This document shows, piece by piece, positions 20,990 to 34,135 of a DNA stretch of 64,000 bases. The DNA comes from Dicyema japonicum (lineage: Eukaryota; Animalia; Dicyemida), in the NCBI GenBank assembly GCA_011109175.1, contig RDEW01000011.1, positions 1,236,209 to 1,300,208 of the forward strand, read 5' to 3'. The notes beneath the pieces were generated by a model. That model saw only the letters and a list, made by a program, of their open reading frames with translations. It did no database searches and was not told the origin of the DNA. Every line of letters begins with the position of its first letter. The first letter of the stretch is position 1. The translations under genes and the position numbers were made by a program.

Positions 20990-22600
20990 TGGATAGCTCA
21001 GTGCAGCGAATTGTATCGAAAAACCCAAACTTTTGGAAAGTCTATAATAAAGTAAAGAAATTCCACTGTTGCAATGTCATGATGGATCTCCTGTATCTTT
21101 AGAAGAAATTCCCAACCTGTTTGGGGATGAACTTTCGAAAATACAACAGGTTAACCCTGATGAGCGACTGTCTTCTTTGGCCCTCAGTTCTCTAAAAAAA
21201 GTTGGAAAAATTAGTTCTTTACTTCTACGTCACAGACCTATAAATGCTGGAGTTGAAAATACGGTAAAACGCACTAAAGACAATGCTCTTGGAAAAAACA
21301 AGATCGCTATTCGTTTATTCAAGGAAGCACCCAAGGTACTCTATGAATATCTGGGATGTCTCTATACGTGCGTATCAGGTTGGGTTATATACCTTCGCAT
21401 TGGAAATTGACGAAGGTCAGGATGATACGTAAATCTGGGAAACCTGGGTACTTAACAACCAGTCATAGGCTCATAAGCCTTATTCCAACGATCTCAAGAG
21501 TTATGGAAAGAATTGTATTCAACAGACTTTCTGAAAATATAGAACGTAATGATATACTAAAAGAGCATCAGTGGGGTTTTCGAAAAGATCGGTCTTGTGG
21601 AGATTGTTTGTTCAGTGTTAACGCGTCAATTGTGAAGGCTTTGGAAACTAAAGGATGTTTGACCGCAGTCTGCCTTGATATATCCAAAGCTTTCGACAAT
21701 GTGTGGCATCTTGGTATTCTTATCTGTCTTGCGAAATGTGGTGTTAAAAAGGATACAAAGTTTGCTTTCGGATAGACGGTCAATTGTTAATTTTTTAAAC
21801 TATAAATCTCGTGAAATTTGGTTGAGAAAAGGTGTACCTCAGGGTTCAGTGCTCAGTCCACTATTATTCAACATTGTAATGAGTGAATTGCCATGCTCAG
21901 AAAACCCACGTACAAAAATCTTCATATACGCTGATGACGTCATAATTTATGATGTTTCTTTAAACCCTTTGGTATCTGAAAAACAATTGAAGACGTACAT
22001 GGACCAGATCGAAGAGTGGTGTAATGAAAACTTTCTTTCGGTGGCACATGAGAAGTCTGGTCTGGTGAGGATAACTGGAAGCAGGAGGATGGTTAACCTA
22101 AAGAACTAGTTACAAGAGATATCTCGGAAGAAGACTATGAAATACCTTGGCCTCCTAATTGACGAGGGAGGTAATTTTCTGGAACATGCTAAAATACGAA
22201 AGAAAAAAGCTACGAACGCTCTGTTCTGTGTTAGAAAATTAAAGCTCGAGCCGGAGACCTTTGTTTATGTCTTCAACACACACTACCTGCAATGTTATGC
22301 GGTTTAGAAAAATGGTACGATTCGAAAAAGAGAGACTCTATCCTTAAGAAATTTGAGAAAACGTGAAATTTTGCTCTAAAGCTTGCTTACGGGATAAGTC
22401 CTCGTATGGCAATTCCTTTATGGTTGGAAGAAAAAATGTGCCAGGTTGGCGAAACTATCGAAAATCTTATTCGAGGTTTCAAAAATCGCACTAAAGTATC
22501 TGCCACATATCTTCAGAGATGACCCTGTGTGTACGGATTTTTTTGGGGAGATTGTCGGGGTAGAAGTGGGTTGGCATGCCCTACCGTTTCATATTACTTC
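20990..22600 (+). mobile_element. Degenerate LINE RT (second family, I/Jockey-group-like)
   Basis: HWKLTKVRMIRKSGK, QWGFRKDRS, CLDISKAFDNVWH, GVPQGSVLSPLLFNI, YADD, KYLGLLID, with frameshifts. Confidence 0.85.
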
Positions 22601-22759
22601 CCCTATCACTTAATTTACAGTTCTTTTTCTTTATAATAACTTACTAACTTACTTGGTTCCTATGCCCCCGCACACTATTGTCGTTATTGAGGGATTTATG
22701 TTTCTCTAATAAGTAGTTGACGAAGCCAACATACCTTTTCCACTTGACATTCTTGTAAT

Positions 22760-23220
22760 AATGTGGCTTTCAGTGGAAACTCCTCAAGCGCAATAAATAT
22801 TGGTTGTGGTCACTTCTGAATGAACCGTCTAGTGTGACGTTGTTCTGGGATGAATGCGTAAGGTCAGGAGAAAACATCCTATCGTTAGGTCTGTGAGGTG
22901 TTTTTGTATTAAATAGAGGACTGTTTAAGATGACTAGGTTATCCAGATTCCATAATATTTGGTTTCCCCTAACACTTCTTTCTGATTTTGAACCACATGG
23001 GATGCTTGCGTTCAGGTCGCCAATAGGTTATTGGATCTGTGGACATCTACCAGTGAGAACCTTTGGGGGCAGGCGAGGGTATATACATATTTACGATGGT
23101 GATGTTATCGACGTTCATTAAAACTTGGATGGCAATATACTCTTGACTCGGGACTTGCTTCATGATTGATGGCTTCACCACCACAACCAGAGAGTCCGTA
23201 TTATGCTTTCCCAAAAGGTT
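22760..23220 (-). mobile_element. Vingi-like APE endonuclease fragment
   Basis: Reverse strand GDLNAKHP-like and NLDNLVILNSPLFNTKTPHRPNDRMFSPDLT...SDHNQI segments match 985-1220. Confidence 0.75.
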
Positions 23221-23339
23221 CCATAGTTATAACCTTTTTTCTAAATGGGTAAAATTACTTTTTAACAACAATAATGGACTTACGTAGGTTTCATCGTCAA
23301 TACAAAATTCCTCAACCGTGGTAACGTCCGAAGACACAA

Positions 23340-23760
23340 TGAAGTAGTCAAATGTTTACATCTGAATATCTCCAGGATGTATGGAATTAGAAAAAGTAAA
23401 AAAGTTGAAGGGGCATTCCGTTCAGTCGATAGAGTTGATACGTCGATTTTGACTGAAATGAAGGTGGAATTCAACGAATCTGTTATTTTTATGCGTAAAA
23501 AGATGAAAAATGGAATAACTCTTATCAAAGTTGTTATTACTTCACATGATCGCCTCAAACAAGTTTAAGTTGAAAAATGTCACAAGTATAAACTCTTTGT
23601 TGGAGATTTCTTCTCTACGACTGCCAAGTAAAGATTATCACAGATTTGTCTCGAAAAGCTGGGATAGATTTGTCTCGAAATCTCAAGAATTATATGGATA
23701 AGCTATATATTGAGGGATCAACGAGGACTTACATCCAATCAGTTGTGTTGAAAGGACTCT
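23340..23760 (+). mobile_element. R4-like LINE RLE remnant
   Basis: ITLIKVVITSHDRLKQV*VEKCHKYK parallels LIIEVIITSQNRLQTVEVEKKRKYD at 54869-55060. Confidence 0.6.
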
Positions 23761-23929
23761 ATAATGTGTTCTAACAACACAAGTACGGGATTAAGGTCTC
23801 TGATGAAGAGTTTACCTCTGCTTCCTACCAGTTTGTGGAGCTGGCATGTGTTTGCTATGAGGAAACTTTTTATTTAGATTTGTTTCATGTAGTTCACCTG
23901 TGGTTGTGCTCAGCATCGGGACCGTGTGG

Positions 23930-25220
23930 GTTGAAAGACTTTATATGTGGTGATTTGAACTCCAAATACCCTCATTGGTTACAGTCTCACCAATTGACAG
24001 CCGAGTAGAGTATATATTGTCTACTCTAGACCATATGGATATTTTCAATGTTCATACCAGGACCTTAATCCTAAGACGGAAATTCCAACCTCCCCAGATT
24101 TATCATTATACTCCCACACTTGCAGGGCATCTATCTTGGGATGTTCGCTGTGGTTTTTCAAGCGACCATTACCTTGTGTTGAGACTAAAAAGACCTATTT
24201 GTGTGTCGCAGTGTTCTTAAGTTTAATAAATATTCGAAGGGGGATTCAAATATCAAGAAATTTTCTTATTGGACACGTGGAAGAGTCCGAATCTATAAAA
24301 CTACTTCAAAATCAAGGTTACTTCCAAATATGTTCCCAAGTAGTTCCCTTCTATCTCCGTTTCTGTTTAACTTATTTCTACGCAGATTACCAAAGACCAT
24401 GACACTATGTTTTTCGCTACCAGGGATAGACCTACTTCCATGGTTGTGGTTCAGTCATACCTCAACAAGTGTGTTTATGGCAATCAGCAAATATATTGTC
24501 TGTAAATTTATCCAAGTCGCAGTTCACTACGGACNAAATGAGTTCCCAAGTAGTTCCCTTCTATCTCCGTTTCTGTTTAACTTATTTCTACGCAGACTAC
24601 CAAAGACCATGACACTATGTTTTTCGCTGCTAGGGATAGACCTACTTCCATGGCTGTGGTTCAGTCATACCTCAACAAGTGTGTTTATGGCAATCAGCAA
24701 ATATATTGTCTGTAAATTTATCCAAGTCGCAGTTCACTACGGACAGGAAATATAAGGGTGGTCTCGAGATATTCTTTGGGAATCCAGAAGATTCTTGGAG
24801 TAACTTTGGACTCTAGTGACGTTTTCAAGTAACGCGGAGTAAATGTTTAAAGGGGTTTCGAAAGTGGTGTGATCTAAAGGCTATCATAAAGAAGAGACCC
24901 CTCCCACCTGCAGATTGTATCAATAAATTCTTCGAGTTATTGTCCCTATAATAGAATTTGTTGAGATTTTCCCCTTCCTATTTGGCAAGTCTCTTTTCAG
25001 AGGAGGCGACGTCGAGAAATAGCCAGAGTTCCCTAACTTTCTGCAAGGAAACCCATTCAGAAAAAGTGTAGCCCACGCAGAGGAATTTCGATCGGCCATA
25101 AAGAATGTCACGTGATATAATACCTACACAGACACAACAGAGGGCACTTTCGTAAAGCAATTGGATCGCTAACGAAACACTTAAGGGGAGTTCAAGTGCT
25201 ATTGGAGGTACCTAATTAGG
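23930..25220 (+). mobile_element. Degenerate, internally deleted Vingi-like copy (EN and RT pieces)
   Basis: ICGDLNSKYPHW and SSDHYLV (EN), followed by SRLLPNMFPSSSLLSPFLFNLFL (RT). Confidence 0.65.
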
Positions 25221-25234
25221 TGGTCTTGTAGTTT

Positions 25235-25390
25235 TTAAATAATAACACCAGAGACCACGGTTACACAAACTAACTAATCACGTGATCCCAGCACGCTCTA
25301 GCAGGGACCTCATCTTGGCTCGATGCTCCTTCCTTGACCTCACACAAGCACGTATTAGCCGAGAGACTGGATCTTCCAATCATGACGACG
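25235..25390 (-). mobile_element. Vingi-like 3' terminus
   Basis: ACCACGGTTACACAAACTAACTAATCACGTGATCCCAGCACGCTCTAGCAG is nearly identical to 60137-60185. Confidence 0.8.
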
Positions 25391-25625
25391 CATTTTTTAT
25401 GGGCAATATAAAAAAAGTTGAGAACCATTGATCTAAAAAATTACCAATTATGATAAAGACTTTAGGTGGACCATGGTTTGGCTTTATGTCGCATCAAGTC
25501 GTCAGAATAATAAGTGATTCTGCCGTATTCCTAGCATACGCCACCAGAAGAGAAAAAGTTAACGTGAATGATGTGTTTAAATTAAAATATTTAAAAGACG
25601 TATTTAAAAATTAATACAAATCCAA

Positions 25626-27389
25626 TTATTTTACAATAAAATTATGTTCAGAATCTCTAAATTGTCCAATTTCCACATGTTCATCCGCCAACTGGTTGTA
25701 ATGGCATTCAATGAATCTCTCCCAATGACTCTGATTTTTGGATTCCTGACAATTAAAGAAAATATAACCTCAAAATATATTTCCTCCTGGGACATAAACT
25801 TGTTAATGTTTACAAATGTGTTTATAAATTGCCCAGCTAAATTTGACTTTTTTAGGTCGCATAAACGAAATCCTTTTTTATTTTCTGGTCTGATCATGTC
25901 GAAGCACTAAACTCGAGGATCTCGATTACCTGCCAGTAAACGTCTTCAAATTCCCGAGTTTCTCCATTAAGAAACTCCATCTTTTTCATTTGAGCCATGT
26001 AAAACTCCCTCAGGACTGAAAATGTGAGGATTCCTTCTCCTTCAACGTCCAAACATCCGAACCAATACTCAATACTGAGGTACCACAAAGATGACTACCT
26101 GATCCGCTTATTTTTGTCTTCCTCAGCTACTATAAACCTAACAAAGTCCAGGTAACTCATTTTCCCTTTCGGTGAATTCCTGTTATCAATAAAAAATCAA
26201 CATTAAGTTTTTCTGTTTGAATATTTCCTTCACAATTTTATCAGAAAGTCCTAAAATTCACATATCAGTCAACCCCCATCGTCGTACTTAGCGATGTCCT
26301 GTTCTTCAAGAAAGTTATCCCCGTCTTGGTCTAATTCACGGAAAATGCAGTAAATCACGTAAAAGTCCTTGTAATCAAAATAAGTTGGCAAATCAACTGA
26401 TAGCTTCTCAATATCCTTAATTCACTCAAATAAGTCAACCTCCGCTAATTTAGCCATTTTTGCCTCTGCAAAAGTGATCACTTTTCTTCTGGTCCTGGCT
26501 ACTCCCATGTAAATTCTCTCCACCACCAACAATATAAAAATTCTTTACAGTTTCGTTGTAGACTTTATGAAATTCAGGTGATCCCTTCAAATGTTTTAGT
26601 TTTGGATGTGTGTCCACCACGTCCTCGATTTACCAAGGTTGAAATACCTGAACCAAACAATCCAGCAAATCTGAACGAATAGAGTCCGTATTTCCCGACA
26701 ATATGTAGAATATCAACTTATTCTTCTCTCCGTGGAATCCCCCGAATCTCTTTATTACCATAATAGCCAACCCTCTCCATATTTCAATAAAATCCGTGAA
26801 GGAAACAGAATCATTTCCATTAGCCGTGATTATAAACATCGGTTTTCTAATATAAAACGGAAGTTGACAAATCTAAGATTTTAGAATCAAAAACCTTGAC
26901 AACTTTGACGAATCCTTCGAATTTTATTCTATCGGCATTGGATTTGAATATTTTGTATATTGACTTCTCCAATTCTCCATAAAGCTGTGGGTGGACTATT
27001 TTTTCCGCGTTTTCGACGATCTTTTCCCTTGCCTTTTTCATAAAATCAATTACAATTTTATTTATAGATATGGTTTGAATTTCTATTTCATGGTTGATGA
27101 TGTTGCTAGAATGGTTAACGTTATCCGTTAACTGCACCTCGGAGTTTGTTGACTTGGAAGTCGAATTAAGCACTTTGTTACGGATTTTCTTCTTTTTGTG
27201 ACTCGGACGATTTTCTTGCGCAATTTTTCTCAGAAATTTCGCGTAAGGGCGTCGTTGAGCCGGATTGGGTACTTTGTCTTTTGATATATATTTGAGGTTC
27301 ATTAACAAAAATTTCTGAGTCTCTGGCTGTGAGATCCACTGGAGGAACAACTCGTTAACTTTGAACTGATATAACGGTTTCAGTGGCAT
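25626..27389 (-). CDS. PPP2R3B: PP2A regulatory subunit B'' (PR70/PR72 family)
   Basis: FKVNELFLQWISQPETQ N-terminus, DVVDTHPKL..SPEFH, FYVIYC..RELDQD, KMSYLDFV.FI..EEDK, SIEYWF.CLD, C-terminal HWERF..CHY..L. Introns 22-24 nt; one junction appears non-canonical (26527-26548). Confidence 0.9.
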
Positions 27390-27462
27390 CACTTGGCTTT
27401 ACTAGTTTCTATGGCAACAATCTTAAAAACAAAAAATTAGTATTAAAAATGAAAAGAGTAAT

Positions 27463-30340
27463 TTAAACTGGCATGTGAGCTTCTTGGTAAAAGTCTGGGT
27501 CGTCAGTCTTATACACGTTGGGGTTAACGGTCCCTTCTGAATCGATCTATTATGAACAAAGAGCATAACGAGGATAAGTTCGAAGTCTGTGAAGATCTTT
27601 GGGATCACAAAAGAACGGAAGAAACCGATGAGGATAATGAACAAAGGAAAACTAAGGGATACGATGGTGACACTGACTGCTAGTAGAACGACAGAAAAGA
27701 GAATCTGAATAACTGTAAATAAATTCATTCTAAAGCATTTCATCTATAATTCACAAACAGTACTACATGTCTAACATATGGCTTGAAGGGGTGGTATTTT
27801 ATTGGCATTAAAATCAGCTTTATACGAGTCAGAAATTGGGTCCCTCCAAGGGAAGAGACACCAATGTAGAGGATGATCCCAAAGACAACAGCCACGGGAA
27901 TAAATTGAAGTACATTTCCCATATAAACAGAAAATACTGAGAATAAAGAGATTATATTACAAATTAGAATGGAGACCACCAAGGCCGTTAGTCTTTGTTC
28001 GATTATTCTAGTTACTGTGGGCTTCTCTCCTGGAGCGTTGTTAGAGCTGACGACACTGAGGGAGTTGATGTGAGCCAGTGATCTCACAGTCCCCCCAGCC
28101 ATAAATGGAAAGCCCATGACAGAACAAATAAGAGTGATGATTCCCATTAACATCAAATTTAGGTGATATCCGGTACCCTTTCTTAAAAATCTCTCAGGTT
28201 TGTCCATAATCGAACTTTGTAAGCCAGAAGACTACCTGGTTATTTGTGTCTCAACAAATATAAGTGTGAATACCAAAAACCCGGGAAAACTTGCTATGAA
28301 AATATGCCAGATTTTCCCGTAGTTTCCCGGATTGATGACCCAATCTCTAACGGATGAGTTTGTCAGCTTAAACCCGACTGGGGTTTCCAGTTTCTGGTGG
28401 TTTAAATAACAAAAACTTCAGTGATAACATCGGTGATCAAATAATCGATCAGAGATATAATAAAAATAGAAATTGGGACCCCAAAGTCTCCGAGAGTTCG
28501 CCGAATCTACAATAAAAGATGTATCTAACTCTCCTGCCAAGAAATTTAGTATTTCTGAAAGTTTTGAGAAGTTGAGCCAATGAGAATGTCGAGAAAAGCA
28601 AAATGAGGGACATGAGGGCGACGTTGTTGTGAGAAGGGTCCACCGAAGATATCGGATTATTCACGAATATCTGTGTTGACAATAACGAATACAATGTATA
28701 TTTTCTTGAGACTTTCATATATAAAAATTAGTGAAATAACGAATGAAAAGATCTCAGTCGTGAATCTCGTGAGATAGTTGATCAACCAACTCCCGTCAAA
28801 CCCAGTCACAATGAGGCAGATCACAAAACACCACAAACCAATCCAAAAACGGAAAACCAGCAAATCACCGTCCAAATGGTTGTTTAACTAAAACTAATTA
28901 TTCACTTACTTTTAATATCGACTCTTCCAATACCAAAATGGGCCCAGTGCACCCAATCAGGAGAAGAGGTTGTCCGCTAAAGAGAGCAAACAGTATCCCT
29001 CCCAACCCCGATCCCATCAGAGTTTCTGTGACCCCAATTCTGCCTTTTAGTAGTTTTGCTATGATTCAGTCAAAAAACCAACTCAAAATAGTTCCAAAGG
29101 CTATAGTTGGAGAAAGGACAGCAAAGTACATGAAAATAATCGTGGCCAAACATTGTATAGATATCCCATCCTTAATATCAGACAAGTAAAGCCTATATCT
29201 CTCCCTGATGTCCTTAATAATCCCACCAAAAGGCTTTCCAGTCTTGACTACTGTACTCGGTTTTACGTCTAAACTGAAGAGAATAACTACTATTTTGGGG
29301 ATTCGCGCTCTGGGACTCCGCTATCTCGAGGATGGGTATTATTGAGTCCCCCTCTAACTTGTCCTGTGGGAGGACCACAGTTTTGTCGAGCCAGTTGAAA
29401 ATCCCCCCTAACAGATCCTCACGACTTGTGGCTTCGTACGTTACTTGTCTAAATTCCTTAAAAATTCGGAAGAAAAGGAACCGTGGTGGACATAAGGGAC
29501 GAGATGGCCCTTCCGATTTCGTGACAGTCATACTGGAACTCCATGGGCTCAAGTAGGAAGTAAATGAATTTCGTTGGGAGGGGTAGTTCTGTGAGATTCT
29601 CCAATTTTTTCCCATTTTTTAGCCTCATGAAGACAATGACGAGGTTTTCAATAAATTCAAGAGCCCCCACTAGGACAGCAGTGACCTCAGAATCCTGACA
29701 GACTTTTGTGATCTTTTCTAGTTCGTGAATTGTCTGTTTTCTTCTATAATTTTCAAAAATCTTCAATTTCGGAGAATCGGATCTGAATTATCTTGAAAAC
29801 TACATAAATGACTCTTCTTTTTCATAACCTTTTTTTTGCACGTGTCTAATAAATATATAAAACTACTTGTGTTTTAGTAGGAAAATGTCTATGATGTGCT
29901 GTCTGTACTGGTCGGCGATGTAATTCTGGGTGATCAGTGCGTCAGCGATGGTCTCGGCTATTTCTGGAAGAGTGTCCTTATCGATATCCAATAAAATAAT
30001 CCCTGAATTTGAAATCACCAGTACCAGATTCAAGTCCTTTGATGAGCTGTGATATTGAATGGAATGATAAGTATGAAATATGTGGTTTCCCCCATCCACA
30101 TTGGATGTCATCCAAGTCTTCCTCATATTTTATCCAACGAGCAGTTTCCTTCCAAATCATTCTGCTGTCCTCGACAGTTAGTTCATCCAACTCCACAAAC
30201 AGCTATAAATTACCTCCTAGCATTACCTCGTGGTCATTTTCCACATTGAACTTAGTTTGAGGACCGACTCCAAGAATGGCTGTGGCAGAACGAGGTCCCA
30301 ACCATGTTTTATTTGAATTCTGACCTTCATTTGGTCTCAT
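27463..30340 (-). CDS. SLC4A2: SLC4 Cl-/HCO3- anion exchanger (AE1-3 class)
   Basis: WKETARWIKYEED, WGKPHISYLSF, FGGIIKDI..RY..Y.SDI.DG, FSGQPLL.IG.TGP, LIFVETQIT, GGTVRSLAH, C-terminal ...AHMPV* as in the AE family. Introns 21-25 nt GT-AG. The paralogue symbol is approximate. Confidence 0.92.
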
Positions 30341-30819
30341 AATAGAATTTTTGCGAATTACTTATTAAATGCACGCACATATCGTCAGATAAAAGCATTC
30401 GATAAATTAATTTATTATTATTTCCATTCGATTTTAAATATGACAACCCATCACAAGCTTACATCAACTGGACGTTGTCATTAATTTCTTGCATCATCTT
30501 ATTGGAAAGTCATAGGGATCCTCGATTCTCCTACATTAAGATTAATTTGTATTAGCATACTAAGTAAGGTTAGATGTGGGGGACAGTTCAAATAACATGG
30601 GTCCTTCTCGAAGGGGATGGACTCATCACTGGCGTTCCTCTTTAACAAATCAACCAGGTTTAAGCTTGACATACAAGGCACAACCTACTCAATTAATAAA
30701 AATAAAAAATGACAGAATTATAACAAGAATATAGATAAAAACATTTATCACAATTGATTAGTTAATCATATTAAATATCATTATCACTTTCCACAGTTTA
30801 TGAACAATTTACATATGCA

Positions 30820-31330
30820 TTCCATCGCGGTCGCTTCAACAAAATGAAGAAGACCTGGCTTCTTCACAAAGGGCTTGACTCTAAAACTCGAATGAGACTA
30901 TACAATGCCCTAGTGAAGCCAATTCTATTATATAATGCCGGTACATGGGTATGTACAGGGCAGGAACTCGAAAAGTTGAATTATTTTCACAGAAATCATT
31001 TCCGAGCACTTTTATCTTCCCGAAGCTTTTTCAAAATGCCTTCCGAAATCTTATACAAAAGAACAAGAACTGAGTCAAAATCATGTGATATTACTGATTT
31101 AAGATGAAGGCTGTTTGAACACATACTCCGCCACGATATGGGGACCCCTGCTAACATGGAGGAATATGTTGTCTTAGAGGTTTCCGTTTCCGCGGTCGGC
31201 CGAGGTCAACAGTGCTGGTGATCCTAGATGAAGATCTCAGGAGGATTAGAAAGTTCCTTAAAAATAAGGATGATCTAGATGTGCTACGGAACATGGCAAC
31301 GGATCGAAAAATATAGGCGATGTAATTAGA
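30820..31330 (+). mobile_element. RTE-clade LINE 3' fragment
   Basis: KTRMRLYNALVKPILLYNAGTW...LNYFHRNHFR, RLFEHILR, and an RGRPR-like segment. Confidence 0.8.
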
Positions 31331-31399
31331 TTGTTAACTTTTCGTGTTGCACATGATTTGTTATGATTTTGGCATCGAGTACCCTATAATAATATTTAC

Positions 31400-31780
31400 C
31401 ACTAGCATTATAAGTATAAAGTTTAAGCTAATGCCATGGGGAATGCAAATTTCATTCTCCTCGTCCATGAAATATCCGCAGTCCAGGAGGCTGCAATAAA
31501 GTTAATTGGACCAGAACACAAAATCCAACCCATTGAAAATCTCCTAATAAAATTACAACAGAAATTTTTAAAGGTGGTAGTCCACCGAGCAACCCTCTGT
31601 TCCATACAGTATCAAATTATTGACAATCATACAGAATTTGAGCCGATTCCATGTCCGATGAGAGCATTACAGGATTCTCGACCTCGCTGGGCTTGTCCTC
31701 TCCCTTTCGGTCTGGGATCATTTAGTTAGTTTATAACATTTTTTCTTTCTCTTTGAACCAGTGATCCTGGGGTAATAATA
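31400..31780 (+). mobile_element. LINE 3' fragment (same terminus family as 6361-6464)
   Basis: TCGGTCTGGGATCATTTAGTTAG...CCAGTGATCCTGGGGTAATAATA end shared with 6390-6465. Confidence 0.7.
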
Positions 31781-32899
31781 TGCAATTGAACTCTGAAATC
31801 TTTTACAGAAACAGTACATCGACCTATACCTTATTCAGGATACAAGGATATCACTCTCTTGCGCTCATAAATCCCTGAGTTACGCCACCATCAAAAGAGA
31901 TCAACCACCAGTCTGTGGAGAAGGAATCAATACTTTTAGCAAAAGAGAGATCTTTGACAAAATGACCTCTAATTAAGATTAATGTTCATCCCCGGAGAAT
32001 CTCGGTACCGACAAATATTGGAGACATCATTGATGTGAAAATACCCCTACTAAGTCTTGTCTTAAGGATTTCACAACGATCCTGAGAAAATATACAAGTG
32101 GTTCTCAACTTCTTTCCTTCTCTTATTTTGAATTTTCATCCATTAATTAGTAAATTTAATTATAAAATTACAGAGAACTCAATGTACAGATAATATTCAC
32201 AAATGAGAGCTCTCCTGCAATAAAGTCACTTCTCAAACTCAATTTGTTTGAGGCAATCCTGCTACATAATACTTCGATTTGAGTTATTTAGTTGATCTTG
32301 TATATTAAAGTATCTGCTTTGTTGCATCTTTGTTTCTGTCATTATCGACATATCAACTCGTATCTCAACATTGTGTGTCGATAATATTGAGTGAACTGAG
32401 TGTCCCTTCAACTTGTTGCCTTTTTAACTCCATTCTACAGATATGCAATATACACAATTCACTACTTAAGTGTGCCCACGGACATCATCACTGTTTACAT
32501 TTTACCACAGTGAGTGACCAAGTGATTGACAGTTTTTTATATTTCTTGCGATGACTACATAACGATCCCGTGCTTAAGAAAAATAGATTACTGTCTTGGG
32601 AAAGGCATTATAACGCGTAGTTCCTTGCCCATTATTTCCANTTCTGCAGATATGCAATATACACTATTCACTACTTAAGTGTGCCCACGGACATCATCAC
32701 TGTTTACATTTTACCACAGTGAGTGACCAAGTGATTGACAGTTTTTTATATTTTTTGCAATGACTACATAACGATCCCGTGCTTAAGAAAAATAGATTAC
32801 TGTCTTGGGAAAGGCATTATAACACGTAGTTCCTTGCCCATTATTTCCACTCGCTAACTATCCGCTAGAAGTTTCCGTTAGGTTCCTCCACACATTGAA

Positions 32900-33530
32900 A
32901 TAATACAGAGTGACCTAACCCCGGAGTTTGATCGAACATCAAGGCGGGTTCTAAATAACAAAATTCTTGAATCTAGAATTCCTCCACGTCTTCAGAATTG
33001 AATGACCTAACCCAGGCGTTTGATCGAACATCAAGGCGGGTTCTAAATAACAAAAATCTTGCATCTCAAATTTTTCCATGTTTTAAGAATTGTCTAACGA
33101 ATTTACTCTCTGAAAGACATAGTCGAGTTGGAATTATGTATTGTCTATCTCACTACCGATTTCTTCAAACCGGAGTCCCCCAAGACTCTGTTTTTTCTCC
33201 TATCTTATTCAACTTGTACCTAAGAGATATTCCAACCAATTCCAAGACACTTCTACTATCATATGCGTATGACCTGATTATCTCCACTAAATACAAAGAA
33301 TTTAACGAAGCAACGAAGCATGTTCAGAACCACTTGAACACTCTTGAAGGATGGCTTTGAGCAAATCACCTATCCTTCTCTTCATCAAAATCCACCGTCA
33401 CTGTATTCACGTCCAACCGCCGCCACTAAATTTTCAACCAATTTTAATAATTTATGGGCAAATTTTCTCTGTTTCGAAACATCCCAGAATACTTGAAGTC
33501 ATGCTACGTCTTAATTAATAGCTACTGGCC
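32900..33530 (+). mobile_element. Degenerate Vingi-like RT fragment
   Basis: DLTQAFD, TGVPQDSVFSPILFNLYL, LLSYAYDLII in ORF 32998-33360. Confidence 0.75.
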
Positions 33531-33599
33531 CCCTACAAGTTAGTGAGACCGGGGTTACTTAATTGACTAACTAAAGTAACTAATACTTGTAGGAACATC

Positions 33600-34135
33600 C
33601 TTGCTATGAGTGCACTGAAAAAAATATCGTCAATATGGAGCCACAAGAAGGATAGGACTAAACACCAGGGTTAGATGTATAAAACTTTTGTCATCCCGGT
33701 ATTAACCTACAACTCTGTGACTTGGGGAATCTCTAAACGGGAAATGGACCGTTTTGACTCGTTCCACAGAACTCAGCTCGAATTGGCCTATAAAGATCTC
33801 TAATGCAAACTTTTATAATAAATGCAAATCCGCTGTGCTGTCAGATGATATTTTCAAATCAAGATGGAGTCTCTTTGGTCACGTGCTACTTCTAAATGAT
33901 TAGGTCTCCACAAATGTCGCAATGGGCAACTACTTCGCACATACAGGAGTCGGATTTCATGGAAGGCCAAGAACGACACTTCCGACTATCTTGAATAAAG
34001 ACTTATCGGCGGTTGGTATGAGACTAACTTCGGCGGATGACCTGGCTACCTAAGAGAACTAGCGCGCAACAGAAAATCATGGTCGAGGCTGCCGGGTAGG
34101 ATGGTTCGGAATACGGCACAAGTGAAACTTAACTA
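33600..34135 (+). mobile_element. RTE-clade LINE 3' fragment
   Basis: KTFVIPVLTYNSVTW, FDSFHR, RWSLFGHVL, GRPRTTLP motifs. Confidence 0.8.

Noticed and set aside
30499-30681. Short minus-strand ORF upstream of SLC4 as extra 5' exons or a small gene
   Set aside because: No recognisable motif, and no splice model joined it in frame to SLC4.
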